Source of the DNA: Solirubrobacterales bacterium
Lineage (GTDB): Bacteria > Actinomycetota > Thermoleophilia > Solirubrobacterales > Thermoleophilaceae
Assembly: GCA_038237685.1 (NCBI GenBank)
Contig: JBBRYL010000001.1
Span: 38,189-102,188 of the forward strand
DNA: 64,000 nt
Direction of reading: 5' to 3'
The notes under the pieces are model-generated. The model was given only the letters and a program-made list of their open reading frames with translations, ran no database searches and had not been told where the DNA came from. Made by a program: the position numbers and the translations under genes. How positions within the stretch are numbered: position 1 is the first letter of the stretch; the number at the start of each line of letters is the position of its first letter. Shown piece after piece: positions 1 to 9,620 of the stretch.

Positions 1-894
1 CTGCGCCGCTGGCGCGACGCCGGTCGGTTTCCCGAGCTCCGGCTCATCGAGCGCGAACACAGCGGGGTGATTGAGACCCTGAACGCGGGCCTGGCGGCGG
101 CGACCGGAGAGCTGATCGTCCAGCTCGACGGCGACGCGTCGATCGAGACGCCCGGTTGGGTCGAGAAGATGGTGGCGTTCTTCGACTGCGATGAGCGCGT
201 AGGTGTGGTCACGGCCAAGATCGTCTTCGACTGGGGTGAGCTGCACACCTGCGGAGTGGATGTAGTGGGGCCTACCGGCTTCCACGACCGTGGCGTCGCG
301 ATCACCGAGCCGGTCGGGCGGCGGACGTACCACCAGCGCATTGCGCGGCGCCGCGAAGACGACTGCCCGGCGTGCGACTCGATCGCGGAGGTCGACGGCG
401 GAATCGGCTGCTGCATGATGTACCGACGCGACGTCGCCCTCGAGCTGGGCGGATACGACCCGGGGTGGGCGCCGGTCTGGTTCGACGACCTGGACCTGAC
501 GATGTCCATCCGCCGGCACGGCCTCAAGAACTTCTATCTCCCGGATGTAAGGGTCATCCACCACGTCGGCCGCCGGCTGGAGGACGAGCCAGCCGCCGTG
601 CGGGCTCGCGTCGCCCTGCGTCGGCGTATCGGCGCGACGTTGCCGCCGACGGTTCGTCGCAGCATCTCCCAGCGCCTGAACATGGATCTTCCCCCACCCT
701 CGACTTGGGCCCGGCTTCAACACCACTACGCCTACTGGCGCGAGAAATGGGGCTTCGACATGCTCAACCCGGACATGGACGCGGTAGTCGAGCGGTGGGG
801 CGACACCGAGGTGTGCTGGCGCTACGACCGCGGGCGGCGGGAGGCCGGCGAGCAGATCGTGGCGGCCTACGAGGCGGGTCGGCGGCCGGCGTGA
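1..894 (+). CDS. Glycosyltransferase family 2 (5' end outside window)
   Basis: Frame 1 is open from base 1. The translation carries a GT2-like DxD (QLDGDAS). Stop TGA 892-894 overlaps the GTG of the next GT2 gene. Confidence 0.75.
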   Translation: MRRWRDAGRFPELRLIEREHSGVIETLNAGLAAATGELIVQLDGDASIETPGWVEKMVAFFDCDERVGVVTAKIVFDWGELHTCGVDVVGPTGFHDRGVAITEPVGRRTYHQRIARRREDDCPACDSIAEVDGGIGCCMMYRRDVALELGGYDPGWAPVWFDDLDLTMSIRRHGLKNFYLPDVRVIHHVGRRLEDEPAAVRARVALRRRIGATLPPTVRRSISQRLNMDLPPPSTWARLQHHYAYWREKWGFDMLNPDMDAVVERWGDTEVCWRYDRGRREAGEQIVAAYEAGRRPA

Positions 895-1874
895 GGGTCG
901 GCGTCCCCATCATCTCCACCAACGAGGGCGAGCTGCTGCGCGACGCGCTCCCGCCCGTGCTGGCTCAGGAGGACGTCGAGGTGGTGGTGATCGACAACGC
1001 CTCGACCGACTCCACTGCCGAGGTGGCCCGCGAGCTGGGCGTGCGCTACGTGCACCTGGAGGAGCGCCACTCCTTTGGGAGGGCGATGAACCTGGCGGTG
1101 CGCAGCGTCGACACCGAGGCGGTCCTGTTCGTGCAGCCCGACTGCTTCCTGTCGCCCGGGCTGGTGGCCGCGGCCACCGCTCACCTCGAAGACCCGACCG
1201 TCGGCTCGGTGGCCCCCAAGCTGGTGCGCACCGAGGGCCCGCGGGAGGACCAGCGCCTGGACGCCATGGACACAGCGGGCATGTCGCTCGACCGGCGGCG
1301 CAAGAACGGCCTGGTAGGCCACGGCCGCCCGGCGCTGGCCTTCGACACCGTCGCCGAGGCCTTCGGCGCCGACGGCGCGGTGGCGCTCTACCGCCGCGCG
1401 GCATTGGAGGATGCCGCGGTAGGCGGCCAGATCTTCGACGAGGACTTGGTCATGTTCCGAGACGGCGTGCCGGCCGACTGGGCCACGGACGCCGACCTGG
1501 CCTGGCGCGTGCGGCTGCTGGGCTGGCGCTGCGTGTACGAGCCGGCGGCGGTGGCCCACCACATCCGCCGCTACAGCCCCTCGACCCGTGGGCGGGTTCC
1601 CGAATGGCAACGGGTGGTGCAGTTCCGCAACCGCTACCTGATGATTGCCAAGAACGACCCGGTCGCCTCGCTGGTGCGCGACCTGCATCGGATACTGCTC
1701 TACGAGTTCCTGGCGCTCGGCTACATCGTGCTGCGCGAGCGGTTCCTGCTGCGCGGCTACGCCGAGGCGGCGCGCGCGCTTCCGCGCATGCTTGGCAAGC
1801 GCCGCGACCTCCAGCGCCGCTTCCGCGGGCGGGGTCTGGACCCGCCGCCGTACGGGCTCGAGCCGCCCCCCTGA
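891..1874 (+). CDS. Glycosyltransferase family 2
   Basis: In-frame GTG at 891 forms a GTGA overlap with the upstream stop. GT2 nucleotide-binding motif VVVIDNASTDST and TDAD are present. High GC3. Confidence 0.8.
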   Translation: MRVGVPIISTNEGELLRDALPPVLAQEDVEVVVIDNASTDSTAEVARELGVRYVHLEERHSFGRAMNLAVRSVDTEAVLFVQPDCFLSPGLVAAATAHLEDPTVGSVAPKLVRTEGPREDQRLDAMDTAGMSLDRRRKNGLVGHGRPALAFDTVAEAFGADGAVALYRRAALEDAAVGGQIFDEDLVMFRDGVPADWATDADLAWRVRLLGWRCVYEPAAVAHHIRRYSPSTRGRVPEWQRVVQFRNRYLMIAKNDPVASLVRDLHRILLYEFLALGYIVLRERFLLRGYAEAARALPRMLGKRRDLQRRFRGRGLDPPPYGLEPPP

Positions 1875-1971
1875 GTCATTACCCTGCGCGAATGAGCGTC
1901 GCCCCCGGGTCGCAGCCCGCCAGCCCGGCCTTCCCTTGTCGCGTGCTCGGCGAGCGCCGGCGGCGCAAAGC

Positions 1972-3981
1972 ATGAGCGCCGCCGCCACGGCCGGCGACCC
2001 CCGGCCACGAGCGGAACACCCGGGCGCGGGCATAGCCGCGCGCGGGTGGGGGCGCGCGTCGGCCGTCGGGGCCGCGGCGCTGGCGCTGGCCGCGCTGGCC
2101 ATCGCGGACTACGCCGGGGTGAAGGGCGTCGGGGGCGTGCCCGATGCCATCCGCGGCGTCGCCGGGGCTGCGTTGCTGGTCGCCGCGGCGGGCTACGCGC
2201 CGGCCCGGCTGCTGCTGGCGCGCACGCTGTGGCCCCACTTCGTCTTCTTCGTGCCCGCCATCGGCGCGGCGGTGGCCGGTCTGGTCCTGTCCGTGCTGGG
2301 CTTCGCAGGGTTGGCTCTGCCGGTTTCCTTGAGCCTGGTGGTGGGCGCGGGCACCCTCGCCGCCGTGGCGCTCCGCGTGACGCGGGGACCCGCACGCGCC
2401 GAGCCCGCGGCACTGGCCGGTTCCGGCGGACCCTGGCTGGCGGTTCGCTGGCCCGCCTACCTGGCCGTGCTGCTCATGGCCTTCTGCCTCATCCCGGTCT
2501 TCCGTGCCGGGTACGGCTCGGTGCCCGGCGCCAACCCCGACGGCATGCTCAGCGTGGGGGCGGCGAAGTTCCTCCAGCACGACGGTCCCCGCTCGATCGA
2601 CCCCGCCCTGCCCGTGGACCGGATGCCGCCTGTGTGGCGGTCCAAGTATCCGATCTACTACGCGCTGGCCGGCGGCTCGGAGCTCTCGGGCCTGGAGCCC
2701 GCGGCGGCCTACTCGGGCTTCGCGGCCACGATGGCGGCCGTCGCCGCGCTGGGCTTCTTCCTGCTCGCGCGCTATGGACTGGGCGCGCGGCCGGGAGCGG
2801 CGCTGCTGGCCATGGCGCTCGTGGCGCTGGATCCGATCGTCGCCTACCTGGTCCTGCACCCTTACTTCAACCAGCTGTGGGGCACGATGGCCCTGCCGTT
2901 CATGCTCCTGTTCGGGCTGCGCTTCCTCGAGGAGCCCAACCGCCGCGACGCCGCGCTGACGGCGCTGTTCCTCGCCCTCGGGCTGGCGGCCTACCCGCTG
3001 ATGGTCGTCTTCCCGGTGCTGGCCTTCGCCGGAGCCCTGGTCTCGCTGCGCCGGCGCGGGCGGCGGGGATGGATCCGGGGGCTGGACCTCCCGCGGGGAC
3101 GCCGCTCGCTGCTGCTGTGGGTGCCGCTGGGCGTGTTGGCCGTGCCGGCCGCCCTGGTAGTGGCGCTCGGGGTGATCGAGAAGTCCAGCAGCGCGGCCGA
3201 CCTCCTGGTGTCGGGCTCCAGCCTCAACCCGTGGCGAGGCGACCTGGTCCACTACCGCGGCCCGGGCTTCTACCTCGGCCCTACGGGCGTGACGGGGTAC
3301 GTGGCCGGTGCAGCGCTCGTGGTCATCGCGTTCTTCGCGCTGCGCCGCCTACCCCCGACGCCGCGGGCCGCTCTGGGCGCGGTGATCGGCGGCGGGCTGG
3401 CGCTGGGGCTCTACTTCCGCCTGCGCACCTACGGCGAGTACTTCGACTTCAAGGTGCTCGCGTTCACGGCGCCGCTGCTGCTGGTGGCCACGGCGCCGTG
3501 GCTGGGCGAGCGGCTGGAGCGACCGGGGGCGGCCGCGCGCCGAGCGGCCCTGGCGGGGGTCGTGATCCTGCTTGCGCTGCAGGTGGTCGGCATGCGCCGC
3601 GAGATCGCGCGCACCGGCCTCCAAGTGGATCGCGAGACCTCCGTGCTGACCCAGGTGGCCGGGAGACTCCCGCCTGGCAGCGTCCGCCTGGACGTGCCCC
3701 CCGACGGTAGCCAGCTGTGGGCGGGCTACTACCTGAGCGAGCGTCCGCTCAGCTCCCTGCAGCCGCTCACCGGCACCACCTACCCACACGTTCCCTACGG
3801 CCGCCGTGCGCGCTACATCCTCGCCGACCGACGGATTGGGTCCCAGCCCTGGCCCGACGCGCAGGGGCCGCCGATATGGCGAAACCGCCGCTTCAAGCTC
3901 TACCGGATGAAGCCCGGCGTACCGGGACCCGACCGCTCGTCGCGAACGATGGTCGACGACCTGAGCAAGGGCTTCGAGTGA
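1972..3981 (+). CDS. Large polytopic membrane protein, possibly a GT-C-type glycosyltransferase
   Basis: In-frame ATG at 1972 within ORF 1645-3981. Many hydrophobic segments over about 670 aa. It follows two GT2 genes. The function is inferred from context only. Confidence 0.6.
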   Translation: MSAAATAGDPRPRAEHPGAGIAARGWGRASAVGAAALALAALAIADYAGVKGVGGVPDAIRGVAGAALLVAAAGYAPARLLLARTLWPHFVFFVPAIGAAVAGLVLSVLGFAGLALPVSLSLVVGAGTLAAVALRVTRGPARAEPAALAGSGGPWLAVRWPAYLAVLLMAFCLIPVFRAGYGSVPGANPDGMLSVGAAKFLQHDGPRSIDPALPVDRMPPVWRSKYPIYYALAGGSELSGLEPAAAYSGFAATMAAVAALGFFLLARYGLGARPGAALLAMALVALDPIVAYLVLHPYFNQLWGTMALPFMLLFGLRFLEEPNRRDAALTALFLALGLAAYPLMVVFPVLAFAGALVSLRRRGRRGWIRGLDLPRGRRSLLLWVPLGVLAVPAALVVALGVIEKSSSAADLLVSGSSLNPWRGDLVHYRGPGFYLGPTGVTGYVAGAALVVIAFFALRRLPPTPRAALGAVIGGGLALGLYFRLRTYGEYFDFKVLAFTAPLLLVATAPWLGERLERPGAAARRAALAGVVILLALQVVGMRREIARTGLQVDRETSVLTQVAGRLPPGSVRLDVPPDGSQLWAGYYLSERPLSSLQPLTGTTYPHVPYGRRARYILADRRIGSQPWPDAQGPPIWRNRRFKLYRMKPGVPGPDRSSRTMVDDLSKGFE

Positions 3982-4014
3982 GCCACCCGCCGTGGCGAAG
4001 CGCGGCGAGGGCCT

Positions 4015-4611
4015 ATGAGGGGAGGCGCGCGACCGGTAGGTCGGGACTTCACCGACTGGATGGACCGACTACGGACAGGCACGCGCCAGGGGAACGAGGA
4101 CAAGCTGACGCTCCTTGCGCGGTTCGGGAGCCAGATGTTGGCCACCGCCCGGCGCTACTCGGCAAACGGCTACGACGCCGAGGACGCCTACCAGCGGGCC
4201 TCGGAGATTCTGCTCACACACGAGCCGTCGGGCACCGACGACGAGCTCTGCCGCTGGCTGCGCACCACGGTCAAGCACGAGGCGCTGGCCATCCGCCGCT
4301 GTCAGGACCGGTGCCCGCCCGCCGGCGGCCCGGAGTGCCTGCCAGTCACCGCGCCCAACCCCGCCGATACCGACGCCACGGTTGACCGCTACGAGCGCCT
4401 ACGCCACGGAGCACGCGCGGTCGCCGCGCTGAAACCGCACGAACGGCGCTGCCTGCTTCTGCGGGCGGAGGGCTTCAGCTATCGCGAGATCTGCGGGCGC
4501 ACCGGCTTCTCCTACACCAAGGTCAATCGCTGCCTCTCGGAGGGCCGCCGGGCGCTGCGGGAGCACCTGGCGGCGCTTGACTCGGGCACGGCCGTCAGCG
4601 GATGGCGTTAG
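4015..4611 (+). CDS. RNA polymerase sigma factor, ECF/sigma-70 family
   Basis: Region 2-like DAEDAYQRASEILL...RWLRTTVKHEALAIRR and region 4 HTH LKPHERRCLLLRAEGFSYREICGRTGFSYTKVNRCLSEGRRAL. Confidence 0.8.
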   Translation: MRGGARPVGRDFTDWMDRLRTGTRQGNEDKLTLLARFGSQMLATARRYSANGYDAEDAYQRASEILLTHEPSGTDDELCRWLRTTVKHEALAIRRCQDRCPPAGGPECLPVTAPNPADTDATVDRYERLRHGARAVAALKPHERRCLLLRAEGFSYREICGRTGFSYTKVNRCLSEGRRALREHLAALDSGTAVSGWR

Positions 4612-4612
4612 C

Positions 4613-5071
4613 TCACGGCTTCGGGCGAGCGCCCTGCACCCAGGTCTGCTCGCCGCCCTCGACCTCGGCCTTCCAGATGGGAGCCTCGGCCTTGACCCGG
4701 TCGATGATCTCGCGCGCGCCGGCGAACGCCTCTCCGCGATGGGCCGAGGAGGCGGCCACCACCACGCTTGGCTCCGACAGCGGCACCGAGCCCACGCGGT
4801 GCTCGACTGCCGCCGCGCACAGGCCGTGGCGCTCGACGGCGTCCGCCGCGATCCGCTCCATCCGCTCCTGCGCCATCTCGGCGTAGGCCTCGTACTCCAG
4901 CCGCTCGACGTCGCGGGTGACGCCGAGGAAGGTGACCACGGCGCCGGCGCGCGGGTCGCGCACGCGGGCGGCGACGGCATCGAGCGACAGCGGGTCGGCA
5001 GTCACGCGCGCATGCACGTGGAGCCGTTCAGGATCGGACACGATGTCCGATCCTGCTGGGGCATCCGCCAC
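4613..5071 (-). CDS. moaE: Molybdopterin synthase catalytic subunit MoaE
   Basis: MoaE-like sequence (GAVVTFLGVTRD..., SSAHRGEAFAGAREIIDRVKAEAPIWK). The GTG start overlaps the 3' end of moaD. Confidence 0.85.
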   Translation of the reverse strand: MADAPAGSDIVSDPERLHVHARVTADPLSLDAVAARVRDPRAGAVVTFLGVTRDVERLEYEAYAEMAQERMERIAADAVERHGLCAAAVEHRVGSVPLSEPSVVVAASSAHRGEAFAGAREIIDRVKAEAPIWKAEVEGGEQTWVQGARPKP

Positions 5072-5291
5072 TGACGGGCGGGATCAGCGCAAGCTCGTCA
5101 CCGGCCGCGAGCGTCTGTGACCCCGGCGCGTACTCGCGGTTGACGGCCATCACGAGCGGCATGCCGTCGGCCAGCCCGTCGAGTGCCGCGAGGGCGTCGT
5201 CGACCCGGGCGCCCTCGGCCAGCTCCAGCACGATCTCGTCCCTGCCGGCGCGCTGGCGCAGCATGGCGAACAGGCGGACGGTGACCTCCAT
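5028..5291 (-). CDS. moaD: Molybdopterin synthase sulfur-carrier subunit MoaD (ThiS/MoaD fold), with residues after the GG motif
   Basis: MEVTVRLFAMLRQRAG...GDELALIPPVSGG followed by 11 more codons. ATG at 5291, with an alternative at 5300. Confidence 0.75.
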   Translation of the reverse strand: MEVTVRLFAMLRQRAGRDEIVLELAEGARVDDALAALDGLADGMPLVMAVNREYAPGSQTLAAGDELALIPPVSGGCPSRIGHRVRS

Positions 5292-5399
5292 TGGTCGCAT
5301 GCTAGGAGGCCCGGCACAGCCGGGCCGGTCTCGCAGCCAGGATGGCGGCGCGAACATCAGAGGTGAGGCCAGGACGGCCTTACGGGGTACCCTCCCCGC

Positions 5400-7019
5400 A
5401 TGGCAACGACTCCCGATCACGAGCCCACCATCGCGCCGATCGTCGGCCCTGACGATCCGCGCCGCTTCACCGACTCGGGCATCGAGATCGAGCACCTCTA
5501 CACCGAGGCCGACGTTCGCAAGGACCTGGCGGAGAAGCTGGGCGCGCCGGGCGAGTACCCGTTCACGCGCGGCATCCACCCAGACATGTACCGCTCGCGC
5601 CAGTGGACGATGCGCCAGTACGCGGGCTACGCGTCGGCCAAGGAGACCAACGAGCGCTTCCACTACCTGATCCGCAACGGCTCGACGGGTCTGTCAATGG
5701 CCTTCGACCTGCCCACCCAGCTCGGCCGCGACTCCGACGACACACTGTGCGAGGGCGAGGTAGGCCGCACCGGCGTGGCCATCGACACGATCGACGACAT
5801 GCGCCGCGTGTTCGACGGCATCCCGCTCGACGAGGTGTCCACCTCGATGACGATCAACGCCCCTGCCGCCTGCCTCCTGCTGCTCTACGAGCTGATCGGC
5901 GAGGAGCAGGGCGTGGAGTCACATCAGCTGCGCGGCACCACGCAGAACGACATCCTGAAGGAGTACATCGCCCGCGGCAACTTCATCTTCCCGCCGGTGC
6001 CCGCCATGAGGCTGACCACCGATCTGTTCGCCTACTGCCGCGAGAACGTGCCCAAGTGGAACACGATCTCGATCTCTGGCTACCACATGCGCGAGAAGGG
6101 CTGCTCGGCGGTCCAGGAGGTTGGGTTCACGCTCGCAAACGCCATCGCCTACGTGCAGGCTGCCCTGGACGCGGGCCTCGGCGTCGACGAGTTCGGCCCG
6201 CGCCTGGCGTTCTTCTTCAACGGCCACAACAACGTCTTCCAGGAGGTGGCCAAGTTCCGGGCGGCCCGGCGAATGTGGGCGAAGATCATGAAGGAGCGCT
6301 TCGGGTCCGAGGACACCAAGTCCCAGACCATGCGCTTCCACACCCAGACCGGCGGGGTGACCCTCGCGGCCCAGCAGCCACACAACAACATCGTGCGCGT
6401 GGCATTGCAGGGCTTCGCGGCGGTGGCCGGCGGCACGCAGTCGCTGCATACGAACGGCTTCGACGAGGCGCTGGCACTCCCGAGCGAGAACGCCGCCCGG
6501 ATCGCGCTGCGCACCCAGCAGATCATCGCGGCGGAGTCCGGTGCCACCGACACGGTCGACCCGTTCGCGGGCTCCTACTTCGTCGAGAACCTGACCGACC
6601 AGATCGAGGCCGGCGCGCAGGCACTGATCGACAAGGTCGACGAGCTGGGCGGCTCGGTCGAGTGCATCCCCTTCATCCGCGCCGAGGTCGAGGAGTCGGC
6701 CTGGGGTTATGAGGAGCGCTACCGGCTCAAGCAGGACATCGTCGTCGGCGTGAACGATTTCGTGACCGATGACGTGGACGAGGTCGAGATCCTCAAGGTC
6801 GACCCCGAGTCCGAGCGCCAGCAGGTCGAGCGGCTCGAGGCATTTAAGGCCGACCGCGATCAGGACATGGTCCACAAGCGGCTCGAGGAGCTGCGCGAGG
6901 TATGCCGCGGCGATGGCAATCTGGTGCCACCGTCGCGCGCGGCGCTCAAGGACAGGGCCTCGATCGGCGAGGTGTGCGGCGTGATGCGCGAGGAGTTCGG
7001 CGAGTACTCCGAGGCCTAG
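5400..7019 (+). CDS. Methylmalonyl-CoA mutase, large catalytic subunit (no B12-binding domain)
   Basis: Acyl-CoA mutase TIM-barrel sequence RQWTMRQYAGY and TTQNDILKEYIARGNFIFPP (Arg-type, MCM-like). At 539 aa it ends before any B12-binding domain. Confidence 0.9.
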   Translation: MATTPDHEPTIAPIVGPDDPRRFTDSGIEIEHLYTEADVRKDLAEKLGAPGEYPFTRGIHPDMYRSRQWTMRQYAGYASAKETNERFHYLIRNGSTGLSMAFDLPTQLGRDSDDTLCEGEVGRTGVAIDTIDDMRRVFDGIPLDEVSTSMTINAPAACLLLLYELIGEEQGVESHQLRGTTQNDILKEYIARGNFIFPPVPAMRLTTDLFAYCRENVPKWNTISISGYHMREKGCSAVQEVGFTLANAIAYVQAALDAGLGVDEFGPRLAFFFNGHNNVFQEVAKFRAARRMWAKIMKERFGSEDTKSQTMRFHTQTGGVTLAAQQPHNNIVRVALQGFAAVAGGTQSLHTNGFDEALALPSENAARIALRTQQIIAAESGATDTVDPFAGSYFVENLTDQIEAGAQALIDKVDELGGSVECIPFIRAEVEESAWGYEERYRLKQDIVVGVNDFVTDDVDEVEILKVDPESERQQVERLEAFKADRDQDMVHKRLEELREVCRGDGNLVPPSRAALKDRASIGEVCGVMREEFGEYSEA

Positions 7020-7021
7020 GG

Positions 7022-8095
7022 GTGACCGCCTACGACCGACTTCCGCCGCTTGCCAAGGCCCAGGGCGCAGCCGCGCGCGGACTGCCGGGACTGCCCCGCG
7101 CCCTGAAGGAGCTGCTCTCGCGCGGGCTTCCCGACGAGCTGGACAGCCAGCGGCTGGATCCCGACGTCCGGGCCATGCTGGGCGGCGCAGAGCTGTACGG
7201 GCGCGACAAGCTTGGCGACCGTCCGGTCGAGCAGGCGCGGCGGCGGTTCACCGCCGAGATCGTTGCCATAGAAGGCCCGCAACCGCGCGTGTACAACGTC
7301 GAGGATCTCGTGATCCCCGGCCCCGGGGGAGCCATTGCGGCGCGGCTGTACTCGCCGCCGCCGCGTGAGGAAGGGATTGGGCTGCTCGTGCACTTCCACG
7401 GCGGCGGCCACGTGCTCGGCGACCTCGACTCATGCGAGGCGGCGTGCCGGCTGCTCGTGCGCGAGGCCGAGGTCGCGGTGCTGTCGATCGACTACCGGAT
7501 GGCGCCTGAGCACCGGTTCCCGGCGGCGCTCGATGACTGCTTGGCCGCCTTTACATTCGCGACCGAGCAGGTGGAGCGGTTCGGCGTCGATCCCGCCCGA
7601 ATCGGGGTCGGCGGCGACAGCGCCGGCGGCAACCTGGCGGCGGCGGTCAGCCTGGCGGCGCGCGACGCGGGTGGCCCTGTCCCGGCCTTCCAGCTGCTGC
7701 TCTACCCGGCGGTCGATCTGACCCGCAGCCGGCCCTCGCGCCAGCTGTTCGCCGAGCGCCTGCTTCTGACCGACGAGGACATCGAGTGGTACCGCGAGCA
7801 GTACATCCCCGACATCGCCGATCTGAAAAACCCGCTGGCCTCGCCCCTGCTGGCCGAGAATCTAGCCGGCCTGCCGCCCGCCTACGTGGCCACGGCCGGC
7901 TTCGACCCACTGCGCGACGAGGGTGAGGAGTACGCGGCGCTGCTGGCGCGGGCAGGGGTGCCCGCGGTGGTGGACCGCAGCCCGGGCCTCGTCCACGGCT
8001 TCGCCAACTACACGACGGTCGTGCCGGCGGCGCGCGAGGCGATGCTCAGGGCGGCTGGGGCACTCAAAATGGGGCTTGCCCCGCGCGGCGACTGA
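7022..8095 (+). CDS. Alpha/beta hydrolase, hormone-sensitive-lipase family esterase
   Basis: HGGG oxyanion motif (HFHGGGH), GDSAGG nucleophile elbow, and DPLRDEG...HGF. In-frame GTG at 7022. Confidence 0.85.
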   Translation: MTAYDRLPPLAKAQGAAARGLPGLPRALKELLSRGLPDELDSQRLDPDVRAMLGGAELYGRDKLGDRPVEQARRRFTAEIVAIEGPQPRVYNVEDLVIPGPGGAIAARLYSPPPREEGIGLLVHFHGGGHVLGDLDSCEAACRLLVREAEVAVLSIDYRMAPEHRFPAALDDCLAAFTFATEQVERFGVDPARIGVGGDSAGGNLAAAVSLAARDAGGPVPAFQLLLYPAVDLTRSRPSRQLFAERLLLTDEDIEWYREQYIPDIADLKNPLASPLLAENLAGLPPAYVATAGFDPLRDEGEEYAALLARAGVPAVVDRSPGLVHGFANYTTVVPAAREAMLRAAGALKMGLAPRGD

Positions 8096-8159
8096 GTTCG
8101 CTCCCGAACGGTCCATCCCGGCGGCAGGAGTCCTACCGGGGCGGGCGAAAGCGGGGGCG

Positions 8160-8657
8160 ATGCCTGATCTCTCCGTTAATCGCACCCTCGTAAAGTCGCC
8201 GCCCGAGCTGTGGGGGCAACTGAGCGAGGCGGAGAGCCTCGAGCGCCACCTCGGCGAGCTCGGCGAGATCTCGATCACGCGACTCGAGCCCGAGCACACG
8301 GTTGTCTGGGAGGGCGAGAACGCCCGCGGCACCGTGGAGCTCGAGGCGTCGGGGTGGGGCACGAAGGTGACCCTGTCGGCGGCGATCGCCGGACCGCCGG
8401 TCCACGTGGCGGATGCGATCGAGGACGAGCCCGAGCAGCAGCCAGAAGCGGTCGCGGCCCCACGCAGGAGCTGGCTGAGACGGTGGTTCTTCCGGGAGCA
8501 CGCGCCCGAGCCCGAGGAGGCGATCGCTTCCACGCTCGAGTTCCCGGCGCTCGAGCCCGACGAGCCCGCGACCGACGCCCACCGGGTCGAAGCCGTGTTC
8601 GAAGAGGTCCTCGACGCCCTCGGCGCCGCGCACCACCGGCCGTTCTCGCGCGGCTAG
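8160..8657 (+). CDS. Hypothetical protein, SRPBCC-like N-terminal half with an acidic tail
   Basis: In-frame ATG at 8160 with high GC3. The N-terminus resembles polyketide-cyclase/SRPBCC folds, a weak assignment made by eye. Confidence 0.5.
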   Translation: MPDLSVNRTLVKSPPELWGQLSEAESLERHLGELGEISITRLEPEHTVVWEGENARGTVELEASGWGTKVTLSAAIAGPPVHVADAIEDEPEQQPEAVAAPRRSWLRRWFFREHAPEPEEAIASTLEFPALEPDEPATDAHRVEAVFEEVLDALGAAHHRPFSRG

Positions 8658-8701
8658 CGGCCAATCTCACAGCCGCGCGCTCCATCGCGTTGAATGGACG
8701 C

Positions 8702-9619
8702 GTGGCCTCCGTGGATCTCAAGCCAAGCACGCCGGCGAGCGATCCGGCGACGCGCGCGACGGCGGCCGCCTTCGTCACGGTCGTGCTCTGGGCGAGCGCC
8801 TTCGTTGCCGTGCGCGCAGCCGGACACGACTTCACGGGTGGACCGCTGGCACTCGGCAGGCTCGGGGTGGCCAGCCTGGTGCTCGGCCTGGTCGTGCTGA
8901 TTCGCCGCGAGCCGCTGCCGACACGCCGCTTCGCCCCGGGACTCGTGGTGTGCGGAGTGCTGTGGTTCGGCATCTACAACGTGTCCCTGAACGAGGCCGA
9001 GCGCCGCGTTGACGCCGGGACCGCCGCGATGCTCGTGAACGTCGGGCCGATCCTGATCGCGCTGATCGCGGGGGTCGTCCTGGGTGAGGGCTTCCCGCGC
9101 AAGCTGTTCACCGGATGCGCGGTCGCGTTCGCAGGGGTCGTGACGATCGGCCTGGCCACCTCCGCCGAGGGGATCACCGCCAGCTGGGGAGCGGCCCTGT
9201 GCCTCGTCGCGGCGCTCACCTATGCCGGCGGCGTCGTGGCCCAGAAGCCGTTGCTAGACGGCAACTCGGCGCTGATGGTCACCTGGCTCGCATGCACGAT
9301 CGGCGTCGTGGTCTGTCTGCCGTTTGCGCCGAAGCTCGTCGAGCAGTCCGGCGGCGCGAGCACCAAGCACCTGGCCGCGATCGTCTACCTCGGCGTGTTC
9401 CCGACGGCCATCGCCTTCACCACCTGGGCCTACGCGCTGGCCCGCAGCAGCGCCGGGCGCACCGGATCGATGACCTACCTCGTGCCGCCGCTGGTAGTCC
9501 TGATGGGGTGGCTCGTGCTGAGCGAGACGCCGCCTCTGCTGGCGCTGCCGGGGGGCGTGCTCTGTCTGGCGGGAGCGGCGCTTGCTCGGCGCAGAACGCA
9601 GCCAAGCCCTGCCCCGTAG
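8702..9619 (+). CDS. DMT-superfamily (EamA-like) transporter
   Basis: About 10 hydrophobic helices in two EamA-like halves. Candidate starts are TTG 8690, GTG 8702 and GTG 8711. Confidence 0.8.
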   Translation: MASVDLKPSTPASDPATRATAAAFVTVVLWASAFVAVRAAGHDFTGGPLALGRLGVASLVLGLVVLIRREPLPTRRFAPGLVVCGVLWFGIYNVSLNEAERRVDAGTAAMLVNVGPILIALIAGVVLGEGFPRKLFTGCAVAFAGVVTIGLATSAEGITASWGAALCLVAALTYAGGVVAQKPLLDGNSALMVTWLACTIGVVVCLPFAPKLVEQSGGASTKHLAAIVYLGVFPTAIAFTTWAYALARSSAGRTGSMTYLVPPLVVLMGWLVLSETPPLLALPGGVLCLAGAALARRRTQPSPAP

Positions 9620-9620
9620 A

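Noticed and set aside
867-3252. Long minus-strand ORFs (867-2102, 1757-2413, 1879-3252) opposite the GT2 and membrane-protein genes.
   Set aside because: They are antisense to genes with clear catalytic motifs. Their translations are Arg/Ala/Pro/Gly-rich low-complexity sequence, typical of shadow ORFs in DNA of 70% GC or more. The same reasoning was applied to 9687-10787(-), 21069-22655(-), 25177-26850(+), 38205-39152(-), 45113-46603(-), 48570-49856(-), 54353-56056(-), 59936-61609(-) and similar ORFs.
5305-5330. Perfect 8-bp hairpin GGCCCGGC-ACA-GCCGGGCC in the moaD / mutase divergent spacer, considered as part of a Moco or cobalamin riboswitch.
   Set aside because: The whole spacer is only about 108 nt and lacks the conserved Moco-motif or B12-box sequences I know. 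An isolated GC hairpin is not sufficient evidence.
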